In this document: piece after piece, positions 13,350 to 28,067 of the stretch
Position numbering within the stretch: position 1 is the first letter of the stretch
Layout: every line of letters starts with the position of its first letter
Assembly (NCBI GenBank): GCA_964016885.1
Contig: OZ024740.1
Coordinates: forward strand, 324,446,001 to 324,510,000
Length of the DNA: 64,000 bases
Direction: 5' to 3'
DNA from: Eledone cirrhosa
Lineage: Eukaryota
Notes under the pieces: model-generated
Told to the model about the DNA's origin: nothing
Database searches by the model: none
What the model saw: only the letters and a program-made list of their open reading frames with translations
Position numbers and translations under genes: made by a program

Positions 13350-13864
13350 TACGATCTATATGTGGATATTTTATGTCTTGATGTGGTAGCTAAGTATATG
13401 TTTTGTTTATACCATTACTTATTTGCATAGGTAAGTATATATTACCTGTATGTTTTGTGAAGGTACGTATACTTTCTCGTACGTATATTTGATTGTATAT
13501 GTTATGGCGTATAATATTTTATATATTCTGGTACATATGGTTTGGTTATGTTTATACGGGAGTTTTGCGTCTGTGTGAGTATGCAGGTTCGTACGTATGT
13601 AGGGTGTGTGTATATGTGTACTTCATGTTTTGGTTGACTTACGTCTCCGAACATTTGTGTATTTACATGTAGGTATGTGTGTGCGCTTGTTATATACGTA
13701 TTTATTTATTTATATACGTTTATTTAATTATTTATTTATTTGTAGACACGCACACACACACATATTTATATGTGCGTGGTTTTGTATACCTATGGGAAGT
13801 GTTTTCGCGTATGTTTGTGTATGTACGTATGTACGTATGTACGAGTTTGGCTTTTGCACATACC

Positions 13865-14505
13865 TACCTTTTTCTGACGACCGAATACTGAAGCTAGCGC
13901 ATTACTGCACCAGCTCCTGCAATTCCCGTACTTAATTCAGTCTCCTACCTTCCATCTGCCGTGAACACGACTCCGCGATACCTTTCCACTTGCTTCAGCG
14001 TACCTCCACTCACATTCAGGGTGCATTGTGCGGGCTTCCTTGACAGCACGACTATCTCAGTTTTCGCAGCACTGATTTTCTGTCCTTTCGTGCAACACTC
14101 GGCAACAAACCTATCAAGTGCATATCGGAGATCACATTCTGACGTGTTAAATAATTGTTTCTTATATAGGCACAATGCCAGCAATTTGGGGAAAGGAGAA
14201 AGTCGATTAAATCGACCCCAGTGCGTGACTGGTGTCGATTAAATCGACCCCAGTGCGTGACTGGTACTTTATTTTATCGACCCCCGTAAGGATGAAAGGC
14301 AAAGTTAACCTCGGCGGGATTTGAACTCAGATCATAAAGGACCATAACTATGCTGCAAAGCATGGCGTCCGGCCTTCTACCGATGTCGTGTTAAATAATA
14401 ACATGTCGTCCGCAAATTTCACCCGACTGGTCCTATATCCGCTTGTCTTCACTTCCAAACCGGCTGCGCATGTCAATCCTGTCCATGAAGATTATAAACA
14501 GGAGA
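13865..14505 (-). mobile_element. RTE-clade LINE RT fragment, interrupted by a SINE
   Basis: Minus strand LLFIIFMDRI...FADDMLL (~14400-14500) continues after the SINE as SECDLRYALDRFVAEC..KISAAKTE..KQVE..GVVFTADGR. Confidence 0.8.
14156..14386 (-). mobile_element. tRNA-derived SINE family 1 copy with 13-bp TSD
   Basis: Core GCCTTTCATCCTTACGGGGTCGATAAAATAAAGTACCAG (revcomp); TSD CGTGTTAAATAAT at 14143-14155 and 14387-14399. Confidence 0.9.
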
Positions 14506-15237
14506 TATGATCGACCAAAACGTCTCCAGGCTGTGCCTCAGTATGACTGCAGTCTAATGACTTAAATCTTCTAAACTTTAGAACGAGGTTAACTTAGCCT
14601 TTCATCCTTACGGGGTCGATAAAATAAAGTATCAGTAATGCTCTAGGTAATTGCTGGCCTTGTGCCAAACGTAGAAACAATTATATGTACTAAACTGAAA
14701 TAATTTACTGGAGTCGATATGATCAACAAAAACATCTTAAATTCATGGCCGCAGACCGATGTGTATAACCAGCAGAAGATTAAAAGAATAAATGAATTTG
14801 ACAGTAGAAATGGCCAGTATGTATTTAATGTAAAGCTCAAGCCACATTCGTACTATCTCAAAAAACGACAAACGGATATCCCTCACATCGCCTCCAAAAA
14901 GAAACAAAAAAAAAAAAGAAGAAGAAAGATTGAAGTAACTTGGATGAAATTAGTAAAAAGTAAATCACCGGATGTTAACCATAATTAATGGGAGCTTGCA
15001 CGGAAATTGCCGAATTTTGCCAAAATTCGCAGAAATTAGCCCCAAATAGTTATCTTGAAATTGAACCCGAAATTCTAAAGTGTTCTAATCGGTAAAGAAT
15101 TCACAGCTGAGATCTTGAGAGGGCGGTAAATTAGAAATGTCAAATTTGACAGGAAAAAAGGAATATTTTTTCCTGTGAACTGTGAAGTTAATTCACACAG
15201 GCATTGATATTATGTTATGTTACATTATATTATAGAG

Positions 15238-15453
15238 GGCGGTGGATTTGTAGTATTGGTAGAGCGTCGAACAACATGCTTTATGGCATAGAGTTACGGC
15301 TCGTTACGTTCTGAGTTCAAATCCTACCGAGATTATTATTGCCTTTCATCGTTACAGGGTCGATAAAATAAAGTACTAGTAACATACTGGAGTCGATTTA
15401 GTCGACTTTCCCCTCCCCAAAATTGTTGGCCCTGTGCCTTAAGTAGAAACCGT

Positions 15454-15456
<3 letters not shown>
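15238..15456 (+). mobile_element. SINE family 1 copy
   Basis: Head GGCGGTGGAT..GGTAGAGC, B box GAGTTCAAATCC, shared core, tail GTAGAAAC. Confidence 0.85.
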
Positions 15457-15486
<30 letters not shown>

Positions 15487-15568
15487 ACTAAAGACCATAC
15501 AACACGAGAAGTAGAGTAAAAAGTGTGACATTTTAATTAAAAAAATTGAAATACATACACTCGCCTAC

Positions 15569-15639
<71 letters not shown>

Positions 15640-16158
15640 CGTATATATATGTAGAATCAGGTCCACATAGCCACTCACAATCACACACATGCACATCAAG
15701 TGTCTAATGTTGTTCCGTTATATATGGTGTAGTGGTGGACATCACATCTCCCAATTTAATACCACCACCTGACACATGACTTTCGTCTAGTTTATCCTGT
15801 CTCTATCATTTGATCCTCTCTTCCAACTAGTCGTTATCGCCGGAGTGCACGGGCACCCACTACAATCACCTAGATACAAAAAATATAAAACCAAACTGAC
15901 TTAACAACCACCACCTCCGCTCTCTTTAAATAAGTTTCAACCAAACTTCCACAAATCACTTCATATTACCAATCAAACCAAACCTCATATTACTCTCCAA
16001 GACACAAATCTCTGAGCCCTTAATCTTAAGTTTGTTTCGCCTGTCCAGACTACAGCCTCACTCCCAAGACAAGATATTGTCTGAACACATATAGGTTCTA
16101 CTCTTCACACAACTCACCTTTCTCACCTGAATTGTCGAAAATGTCAGCAGGTTTCATA

Positions 16159-16376
16159 TAATGATTTCTAGTATAGGCAGAAGGCCAGTAACTTGGTGGA
16201 GGGGAAAGTCGATTAAATCGACCCCACTACGTTACTGCTGCTTTAATTTATTGGCCCCGTAAGGATGAAAGGCAAAGTTAACTTCGGCGGGATTTGAACT
16301 CAGACTGTAAAGGACCGTAACTCTATGCTGCAACACATGGTGTCCGACTCTCTACCGATACTGCCAATACAATGCC
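16159..16376 (-). mobile_element. SINE family 1 copy
   Basis: Same core and head on the minus strand. Confidence 0.85.
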
Positions 16377-16767
16377 TTGCAGCATTTATTCAGGCTCTTT
16401 ACGAGCAGAGATCAAATTGCACTGAAATTAACTTTACGTTCATTTTTTTTTTTTTGTGGGAGGGAGTGTTAATAAAATAAAGTACCAATCAAGTACTGAT
16501 GTCCATGTTATAGACTAGACCATGTTTGTAACCTCATGACTGTGTAAGAAACATATATTTAATTTGACTTTGAAGGTATAAGGGGGTGTGAACCAGTTAA
16601 CCTCATATCACAGGCTCTTGGTATTAGGAGGTGAGGTGGTATGGCAGTAAAAGTGATCTTTTCTTTGATCCCGTTAACATCTAAAGTAGTATTGTAAAAT
16701 AGGGCGCCGCCTAACAATGACATCTTCGACAAGCCGGCGGCAATATATGCATATATATATCTATATA

Positions 16768-16802
<35 letters not shown>

Positions 16803-16945
16803 CATCATATTTTTAAATATAGTTCCACATAAATATATTTACCCTGTTTTGCCTTGATCTCCTTTTTTACTTATTATTTTTTCTTAGACTCATTTTCCTT
16901 TAAAGATATTTCAATAAACGCCTACACTTATAATATTCGTTTTGA

Positions 16946-16980
<35 letters not shown>

Positions 16981-17577
16981 TATATACACATATATATATT
17001 ATATTATATATATATATGTGTTTACACAGAAGTATATGTACATGTATTAAAAGTGTATAGTAAAATTTGTGTTTATGTATATATACCCAGACCTCCTCCC
17101 GCCTTTATATATATATTTAGAAATGAACAGTTCTATGGGACTAGAACTGTTCACTTGTATATATATATATATATACACACACATATGCATATACATATGC
17201 CTACACACACATCCATACGCACACGTATTTATATATGTGTATAAAGATACATACATACATACATTCATACATACATACATACATACATACATACATACAT
17301 ACATACATACACACCTATGTATATACAGATGGCTCCATACATACACAAACACACTGTTATATACATACACACTAATATGTGAGTGTGAAATGCTGTGAAC
17401 TGAAACAATCACTATATTTTAGTGAAAAGTACAACAGACTTGAATATCAATCATTTGGTTACTATGGCAACAAGACAATCAACAAGAAGAAAACCTTCGC
17501 ATATAATTTCATTTCTTCCCTTCTCACACATCTACTCTCTCCACCCCCACCCCTCTCTCTCTCTTGCTCTCACTCTT

Positions 17578-17614
<37 letters not shown>

Positions 17615-17765
17615 CTTTCCTTACTATTCACCCTCTTTCTCTTCTGTCTGTCTGTCTGTCTCTCTGTCTGTCTGTAAAGGCAATATCAGTTTGGTAGTGA
17701 TATCTTTGATTCTGTCATATGGAATCGATTGAAGTCTTCACCTAAGTAATAATAAAGACACACAT

Positions 17766-17883
<118 letters not shown>

Positions 17884-18040
17884 TCACATGCGTGTGTCTT
17901 TGAAGGTATATATCTATAGATATGTGTGTGTGTAATGATAAAGAAACTGAGTGTAGGGTACATGATTAGTATTTTGACCTACAATATTGCCTCTAGATAC
18001 ACACATACACACAGAGTATATATATATATATATATATATA

Positions 18041-18082
<42 letters not shown>

Positions 18083-18196
18083 CGCGTCTGTCAGTGTATG
18101 CGTGTGTGTGTGTGTAAAAATTAAGCAGAAATAACAAACGACACAGTACATGCAAGAAATATATTAGTTTAACGCTTGCAATAGCAGGAAGAGAAT

Positions 18197-18230
18197 CTTA
18201 AGGTTTCGGACACTAGTCCTTCATCAGAAG
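18197..18230 (-). ncRNA. Minimal hammerhead-like motif
   Basis: Minus strand CTT-CTGATGA-A-GGAC(TAGT)GTCC-GAAA-CC-TT-AAG; short stem I; stem III apparently mutated from AACGTT. Confidence 0.5.
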
Positions 18231-18305
18231 CTTGAGTTAGAAATAGAAGACAAATAGAAAGTAAAGAGTGCTAAGAGGAAATAACGGGGAAAGTATATAT
18301 GTACG

Positions 18306-18825
18306 TTATTCTGGTTTTATAATTTCACAAATGTTTGCCAATAGAGAGAGAGAGCCGAGTTCTACATAGACACAAGACTCTCTCATTGGAATTTACACAA
18401 CATCAACTAGGTAGATTATGTCTGCATGTCTGCTTGCATGCATGTGTAGATATGGATGTTATTGTATGTGTGGATCTGGATGTTTTTAGTTGTATGTGTG
18501 CGTTGTAACTGTACATGTGTATATGCAGTTATTAGATGCAAAATCTTTGGGATGTTTTACATATTTTTACTATTCCATTAATGGATTGTACTTCTAATTT
18601 CCTAACTAGTTGTGTTCTTTCTGTTCTGTGAAGCCAAGCTTCTCAAGATTTGTATTGAGGCAGTTACTAACATATCCCAGTGCCCCAATAATCACAGGCA
18701 TAAATCTGTATAAAGTATTCCACCAATACTCTTTCATATTATGTATATGTATGTCTTCCATATTACTGTAGCTTTTCATGTGTTTGTTATCGGGGCTATC
18801 TTTTCTACAGATTGCATTGTACGTA
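18306..18825 (-). mobile_element. 3' fragment of the R4/Dong family seen at 49399-53134
   Basis: Reverse complement of ~52425-53135 with a ~190-bp internal deletion spanning the NRPD endonuclease motif; abuts (ATGT)n. Confidence 0.85.
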
Positions 18826-19088
18826 TTGCATGTATGTATGTATGTATGTATGTATGTATGTATGTATGTATGTATGTATGTATGTATGTATGTATGTATG
18901 TATGTGATTTTGGACACCCTGCAGGATAAAAAACAAAACCTGACAAAGGGCGGAAGAACTCATAAGAGTCAACGGCCATCCAAAAATGTGTAAATATGTC
19001 TATACATGTGTATGTATATGTGTGTGCATGTGTATGTATATGTGTCTTCATGTGTATGTATATGTGTGTGCATGTGTATGTATATGCG

Positions 19089-19435
19089 CGGGGACATAGA
19101 AATAATCGGGCTGGAAACCCAATCGCGCGGTTAATCCACTGGGAGTGAAGGCCCCTAGCCTTTGTCAGGGCATTCTTCTAGGAGAAAGCCAGTCAGGAAA
19201 CTGGGATAACTCCGACATAAAACCCGCGACTCGGTAGTTACCGATGATGTTGATCTTTTCTTCTTTTCGGGTTATAGGTACTGTCGCTCAGAGAGTGGGA
19301 TTGGCTCCGTGCACAGTATTTCTTTATTTTAAAAAGATCTTTGCGAACATGCATTACACGAAGGAATTAATTAATAATTACTAATAATGGTATATCGTGC
19401 AATTGCCATATTCGATAACGAGGGGGCAACCATCA
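19089..19435 (+). mobile_element. Non-autonomous retroelement family A (RTE-5'UTR-like head, (ATGT)n tail)
   Basis: Reverse complement of 49021-49315; TAGCCTT..CTAGGAGAA..AACTCCGA..TAAAACC motif; ends GGGGGCAACCATC-(ATGT)n. Confidence 0.7.
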
Positions 19436-19487
19436 TGTATGTATGTATGTATGTATGTATGTATGTATGTATGTATGTATGTATGTA

Positions 19488-20040
19488 TGGTCGGGTCGTT
19501 GGTGACTAAACTGGCAACCCCACCAAGGTTTCTTGGTGAGGAGGGTGACTTTGGACATCCTGCAGGAATAAAAACGAAACCTCTCAAAGGGCAAAGGAGC
19601 TCTTAAGAGTCAATGCCCATCCAGAATCACCGGGAGAGATGACCCCTTAGCCTTTGTCAAGGCAGAATTCTAGGAGAAGGAAAACTCTGATATAACACCT
19701 GCAACCCTGATGGTATCCAATGATGTTGACTTGTTATTCTTTTTGGTAAATATCATCTTGGTTAAGAGAGTGGGACTGGCTTTGTGCAGTGCCTTTGCTC
19801 ACTATAAAAGCTTCACGGCACAGGCATTGCTTTATATCTGGAGATCTCTCTGCACTTGTCGTCACATGGTACCATGGGCCCAGCACTATGTGTCAATAAT
19901 TGTCACAAGTGTAGTGTTTGTACCAGAGTTTTCAAGTCGCTGGCTGGACTAAAAAGTCACACCCGTTCAGCGCATCGGTAGGTGTTCTCCTACATGGATA
20001 TAAAGTAGTGGCCGTACTCGAAAACGAGTTGGCAGCCACC
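19488..20040 (+). mobile_element. Non-autonomous retroelement family B (RTE-5'UTR-like head, (ATGT)n tail)
   Basis: Near-identical reverse complement of 53239-53790; CTAGGAGAAGGAAAACTCTGA motif; flanked by (ATGT)n on both sides; extra fragment at 18906-18985. Confidence 0.75.
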
Positions 20041-20924
20041 ATGTATGTATGTATGTATGTATGTATGTATGTATGTATGTATGTATGTATGTATGTATGT
20101 ATGTAGTTATGTATATTTGTATGCGTTTGTGTGTTTATTTATATGAATATTTATATTTAATAGCAGTTGCAGATTTTCTTCGTCACTACTCGGTTTTACA
20201 TTTAAGCTTGTTCAGGGAATGAATGTCTGGTAAATTAATGATGCCGTGTGTCAATACGCCCGCTAGAGGTGGCCTTAAAAAGACGTTATTTTATAAGGAA
20301 CACCCTATATCATAGATTATCCGATATCAGGAGGAGAACCTAATTTTATCCACCATTCAAAACGAATACTGCTACTTGTATAACCGTAATATATTTATTT
20401 CTAAGAAAACATCATTTCCCGTAGATAAAAACAGAACAAACTCTTCAAATCTCATAACGGTAAGGTTCGTAGTTAATACCTCGACAACACCGCTTTCCCG
20501 ATCGTTCACTACACCCAAAACTCTTTGACAGCTCTTATTCTAACAGCCAACATGTAATTACCGAATATTCCGCTGCCTGTTCACTTGCAAACATCTCTCT
20601 TTTTATATTTACGAGGACTCTGTAGAGCCTTCTGTATATTCGCTTTTAGCCTATAGAATTACTGTATGGAATAAGTTGGAATGAGCTTCCATTGGTTTCG
20701 AAGATTGGTGCTCCAGTCTATTGATCAACGGAATACACTACTAATGAGATAAACGTGACTTGTGTACCCTCAACGTAAACCTTAGTTAGATTCGGCGTGA
20801 TATTGAGTGACAACGTTGGCCCTTTGAATTATAAGTAAAGTCTGGGTATCCAAACAGTTTGCATCTACTCATTTTTACTCACACGGCTCCAGTCAACCCG
20901 ATACTAACGTAAAATACATTTACT

Positions 20925-21290
20925 CAAGATATCTCACAATGAGGTCGACCCCGGGATCTGATGATTGTGAAGTGACACATGACTAAAGTGTAAAATGACA
21001 CAATGAGATCGAACCAGGCATTTCATTGTTGTAAATAGACTCCTGTTTAAAGAATATGATAGTTACTCAATATAATACACGCTGGAAGCGAATCCGGGAC
21101 CTCATGATTCTGCAGCAAGTCGTGGCTACGGTTATAGACCTTTGCTCAGTATGCTACATAAGGAGACTGGACTCAGGACCTCGTGGTTGTGAAGTAACTT
21201 ATAAGTAAGGTATCAGACATTTGTTCAAAATGTTACCCAGTTAAACCGAACTAAGAATTTCATGGTTGTGAAACTAACTTCTTAAAACAT
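20925..21290 (-). repeat. Degenerate tandem array of SINE/tRNA-head-like units (~70-80 bp)
   Basis: About five recurrences of (G)A.CGAACC.GG.AC.TCATG.TTGTGAA. Confidence 0.5.
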
Positions 21291-22073
21291 TCGGTCACAC
21301 TGTGTTCAACACGGAAAAGAACAATATTTAGAAACTTCTGTATTCTTGCTTTTAACGCAGAATTCATATATTGCTTGCCAACAGATTCAATGACCACATT
21401 TTCAAGAAGTTTTAAATCCTACTTTTTTCTCCTCTCACTCACTTTCTTTTTTTCTCTATTTTCATATTATATGTATATATTTTCTTCTTTATAATTCTCT
21501 GTATTTATTTATTTATTATACAGGTGTATATATGTATATATATATATTATATATATATATATATATATACATGTATAATTATATATTTATCTATCTATAT
21601 ATATATCTATACATGTATGTCTATTTTCTTCTCATGTAATCTCATTATTTATTTATTTGTATATTTATAGTTTTATTTTATTTCTATATATGTTTATAAT
21701 TTATTTCTTTGTTTCCATTCAAAGATGAATCGGTGTATATATTTCTTGTATTTTATTTTGCTTTAAATTTTCGTTTTTCAATATGATGAAGTATCGTACT
21801 TAAAGCTGGAGTTGAGAGACTATTGACCAATGCTTAAATAATTGGTTAAATACACTGTAATACACATCTTCACATCTTCACATACACATTTGTACATATA
21901 CATATACACACACAATTGAATGGAAGATTTCATGGGCAACACACACATTTAGTTATGTAACACCCCACACACACGCATGGTCAGACACCCACACACACAC
22001 ATATATATATATATATATACACACATACAAATATATATATATATATATATATGTATATACATACATACACACA

Positions 22074-22149
<76 letters not shown>

Positions 22150-22224
22150 CATACATACATTTTCACACATATATCTCTATTTCCCAATATAAATTTCAAC
22201 AGAAATTCAAATATTGATTTTACT

Positions 22225-23140
22225 CGACCACCTCCACCATTTTAATCGACTCCACCTTCACCATTTTCAATACTTCATCGGCACCATCTTATCAACGCCA
22301 CCACCACCATTTTCTCAACTTTGCCGCCACCATATTATTAACTCCATCGGCACCATTTTATCATCTCCATCACCACCATCTCATCATGTCTATCGCCACC
22401 ATCTTGTCCACTCCATCACCACAATTTTCTTTTACCAACTCCACCACCACCACCACCACGATTTTATCAACATCACCGTTGCCATCTTATCAACACCACC
22501 AACACAATTTTCTCAACTCCATCGCCTCAACACCATCTTATCAACACCAACACCATTTTCTCAACTCCATCGCCACCATTTTGTCACCATAACTTTATCA
22601 ACTCCACCACCACCCTTTTACCAGTTATACCACCACCACCACCATTTTATCAACTCCACTACCACTACCACCATTTTACTAGCTACACCACCACCACCAC
22701 CACCATTTTATCAACACCACCACCACCATTTTACCAGCTACACCACTACCACCACCACCACCACCACAACCACTATTTTATCAACTTCACAACCACCATT
22801 TTACCAGCTACACCACCACCACCACCACCACCACCACCACCACCACCACCACCACCACCACCATTTTATCAACTCCACTACCACTACCACCATTTTACTA
22901 GCTACACCACCACCACCACCACCATTTTATCAACACCACCACCACCATTTTACCAGCTACACCACTACCACCACCACCACCACCACAACCACTATTTTAT
23001 CAACTTCACAACCACCATTTTACCAGCTACACCACCACCACCACCACCACCACCACCACCACCACCACCACCACCACCAAAACCACCACCACCAAAACCA
23101 CTATTTTATCAACTTCACCACCATCATTTTGTCAACGCCA
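22225..23140. repeat. CAC-rich complex tandem repeat with ~240-bp internal duplication
   Basis: (CAC)n interspersed with CATTTTATCAAC; block 22620-22860 repeated to ~23080. Confidence 0.9.
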
Positions 23141-23485
23141 TCTTGAAGTTAAAAACTAAAGTGAACTTCATTCAATACGATTTTCTTTCCATTATTGACT
23201 TATGCCAATCCTCTCTACTTAAACATTTCTATCTTTATAACAAAGGAAGAAAAATTAAGAAAAATGTAAAAACACAGAAAAAAGCGAATCTATAGCATCA
23301 AGGTTTTTCCATTTTTACTGTATATATTTATTTATATATTCAATTATATATTTATATATTTTTATGCTTTCCTAAAAGCTAAAACTTCATTACTATTATC
23401 ATTACCGTCCTTGTTGCTTTCTTACTAACCAGAAAATAAACGACATTTTGAACAAAGATTAAGTAAATAGCCATTGTATATATAT

Positions 23486-23531
<46 letters not shown>

Positions 23532-23540
23532 ATATATATG

Positions 23541-23694
<154 letters not shown>

Positions 23695-24153
23695 TATATA
23701 TATATATACATATTTATAGATATATTTATATATTCATAGATATATTATGTCATATTATATATATATATATATATATATTTATACATACATAATACATACA
23801 TGGAACTTTTAGCAACTCACTAAGTGGGTGTCCTGTTTCAATAATGTTGACGTAGCTGAATTTGTACTTTAAAGTTGTTCACATTAATGTCGAGGTTCAT
23901 ATCTTCAGGAACTACATTGATATCAAATAGACGGCGAGATTCGAAGTACATGGGGCTAGACATTAAACGCAATGCATTTTGTCCTACTGTCTAACGAGAC
24001 AGACACATTTTTAAGCCATCTTCATATATGGTATTAAGTTTTGGATCCAATCCCTATGTATATTTATATTTCCACATATTCTCTCTTTCTACGTGACTCT
24101 CTTTATATCGTATCTATGGGACCTTAAGCTGGGCAACTAACAACTAATAACGA

Positions 24154-24364
24154 TTTCTACTTTATGCACAAGGCCAGTAATTTAAAGGGGAGGGGAAAGT
24201 CGATTAAATCGACCCCAGTGCATTACTGGTACTTTATTTTATCGACCCCGTAAGGATGAAAGGCAAAGTTAACCTCGGCGGGATTTGAACTCAGACCGTA
24301 AAGGGTCGTAACTCTATGCTGCAAAGCATGGTTTCCGACTCTCTACCGATACTGCCAATCCACC
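24154..24364 (-). mobile_element. SINE family 1 full-length copy with 21-bp TSD
   Basis: TSD GCAACTAACAACTAATAACGA at 24133-24153 and 24365-24385. Confidence 0.9.
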
Positions 24365-25601
24365 GCAACTAACAACTAATAACGAGAACAATCCCCACAA
24401 CGAGCTTTCAAGAAGTTTCTCTCTAAAAAATTTCACTCACGATACTTGGGTGAATTCGAAACTATGGTAAAGACACTTGCTTAAGATGTCTCATAGTGGG
24501 ATCGATTCATGACCGATTGCAACGTGAAATTAGTAACTACTTAACTAATCTTACTTAACTAATCCTACATTTGTATATAGAAGCTCTTTGGTTGTCTCTT
24601 TCATCCACTACCACCGAAATACAGCAAAGCATTATAACTCAAAGTTGACACTAGACTACTTATCCTACACCAGTTAGTTAACTGTGTAATTATACTTGCA
24701 TAAGAAACATTGCAACGCGATCGAACCCGAAACATCATGATTGCAATACAAACTTCCTAACTACTCAGCCATTCTCGGGCGCGTCCACAAATTTATATGT
24801 AGTAGCTATTTCCTTGACATTTTCATCCGCTCATGTTGAAAATCATCAAACCTGAGCCTTTAAGGTTAGGCTAATTATCCCACACCATTTAGTTAACTTT
24901 GCTTAAGATGTCTTCTACTGCAAGTATGACGAACTTGAGTTAAGAAGCGAACTTCTTAACCAGTGAAACATGCCATAAACCGTGAGCTTCACCACCACCA
25001 ACAGAGCGTAAATAACGCACTCATTTGATTCCAACAACCTTGAACAATAACCAACTGCACCAATAAAGCGATACACAAGACATGAAATGTTTCAGTTGAA
25101 GAATTAAAGACGAAATGATCCAGCAAATACCTACGACCTTGATTTAATCACAAACATGTCGGTATAATAATCTAAGTCCACCGAGGCTTACGGAGTACAC
25201 GGATCACAGGAGATATAACAAATGACAGGAATATTAAAACAACGTAGGTTGTGATCATAGCAATCCCACGTTGCCATGGGATCAAGTTTCCATTATCAGC
25301 AAAAGTGGAATGAATGAAGAATAGAAAGAAAATTAAAATATTTCACACGGTAGATGGAAGCCAGCAGATAATAGAATCAATATCATTGCAAGATTTCAAA
25401 GTAACATGGCGACCGTTTAGTGAAATAACAACAATATCCAAACCTACCAAAAGTCGTTATACAACACGACTCTCGTTTACAGGAATACCTTAGGATAGAG
25501 ATATAAACACTTTGAGCGTATAATTCTGTGTATTTATGTATGTATATATATATGTATATATATATGTATGTGTGTATTGATATCACACTTTCCCCTCTCC
25601 C

Positions 25602-25652
<51 letters not shown>

Positions 25653-25726
25653 ATATATATATATATATATGAATGTATGTATAGTATATTTGATAATATA
25701 CTGTTCGCTATTTCAGAGCACCCATA

Positions 25727-25814
<88 letters not shown>

Positions 25815-25980
25815 TAAAGTTCAAATACGCACACACGCACATATATATATATATGTGTGTGTGTGAAAGTGAGAGTGTGTATATATGTATGTGTGTGTCC
25901 CTCTGTTTACGCTTATGTCCCATAAAACACTTTTACCTTGTATTTCGTGATATTTCGGAGTTGTTGCTGCTGTTATTGTT

Positions 25981-26016
<36 letters not shown>

Positions 26017-26639
26017 AATGCTGATTGTGTTGTTGTTTTTGTTGTTATTCCTAGTGTTAATCCTTTTAAAAGATCCCTTGGAGGGTTTCCTACGATTTGA
26101 ACAAAATATCTTTGAGATTCTCAGGAAACACGACCAAAGACTTGAGGCTATCAATCGGATCAACACTGACTGTAAACAACATACGGCCTAAGAAGCTATG
26201 ATATCAGTGGGCACGGGATCTAAACAAATATCGGGCGAAGTTTCAAGGGTCTATTAGTTTGTGTGTGTATTTATTATTTACATCCAAATCCCTGGCCTTT
26301 GGCAGATTTAGATTGAATTTCAGTAAAATAAAAATAAAAAAAGGAACGACAGAAAAAAATATAAAGATGTTTTCGAAAGCGTTTGAATTATGGTTGTGTA
26401 ACAGCGCCGTCTTGCGGTTCCAAAGGTGAACATCGTGTCTAAGAATAATAATTAGTCCATCTACTTAACGAGAGAAATTAAAGAGAAGAAGGGTTGGCCT
26501 GTGTGTAGGGTGAGGGTAGGTTATTCTTTTAAACATTATTTATAACTATTTGTGTTTTAGGGGTTGTTTTTGATGTTGTTATCCGCTTCTTTCACGGTTG
26601 ACATTGAAAATATTTTTCTTGTTGTTTCTGTTGCTATAG

Positions 26640-27326
<687 letters not shown>

Positions 27327-27348
27327 CCTTTGGTATATATGTTCAACT

Positions 27349-27510
27349 GTGGATTGCAGTATCGGTAGAGCGTCGGACAACATGCTTTGCTTATCACCCT
27401 TACGAGGTCGATAAAATAAAGTACCAGTAAGACACTGATATCGATTTAATCAGCTATCCTCTACCCTCCAAAATTGTTCAGCTTGTGGCTAAATTAGAAA
27501 CCAATATTTA
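27349..27510 (+). mobile_element. SINE family 1 copy (internally deleted)
   Basis: Head GTGGATTGCAGTATCGGTAGAGC joined to core GGTCGATAAAATAAAGTACCAG. Confidence 0.75.
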
Positions 27511-27866
27511 CGGTCTTTTGTATTCTGAGATCAAATGCTGCTGAGGTGAACTTTTCTTTTCATCCTTCCATATGAATCAAATACTGAGATGGAAAAATGA
27601 CTTATTTCTCCACTTAAATTGACCCCTCAACCCTATTAGTCATGGTGATGGTTTTTTGCCGGGATTTTCCACGAGTGGCTCTTGAAGTTTGTCCCCATTT
27701 GGGGAATATTCTTCGTTTTTAATTTTATGCTACTTTTTGCTTTTTACTTCTCGTTTCTACATCGTTTCACAAAACAACACTGTATTGTATTGTATTGTAT
27801 TGTCCATAATGGGCTTCTTCTGACACCATTGTTCTTAATAAAGTAATTCTTCTTCTTCTTCTTCTT

Positions 27867-27899
<33 letters not shown>

Positions 27900-27998
27900 A
27901 TTCCTATTATTATTGTAGTTGTTGTTGTTTAAGAGATTAACAGACGTTAACTATGTTTCGCTTAAAAAGGATTTGTTGGATTTAAAAGTTCTTGTATA

Positions 27999-28067
<69 letters not shown>

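Noticed and set aside
13870-13895. CTGACGA at the end of the Penelope 3' region
   Set aside because: Explained as antisense RTE coding sequence (SVVRK); no stem II/GAAA
26402-26418. CTCF-like motif (also ~20260)
   Set aside because: Short degenerate match expected by chance; cannot be supported without a PWM scan or ChIP
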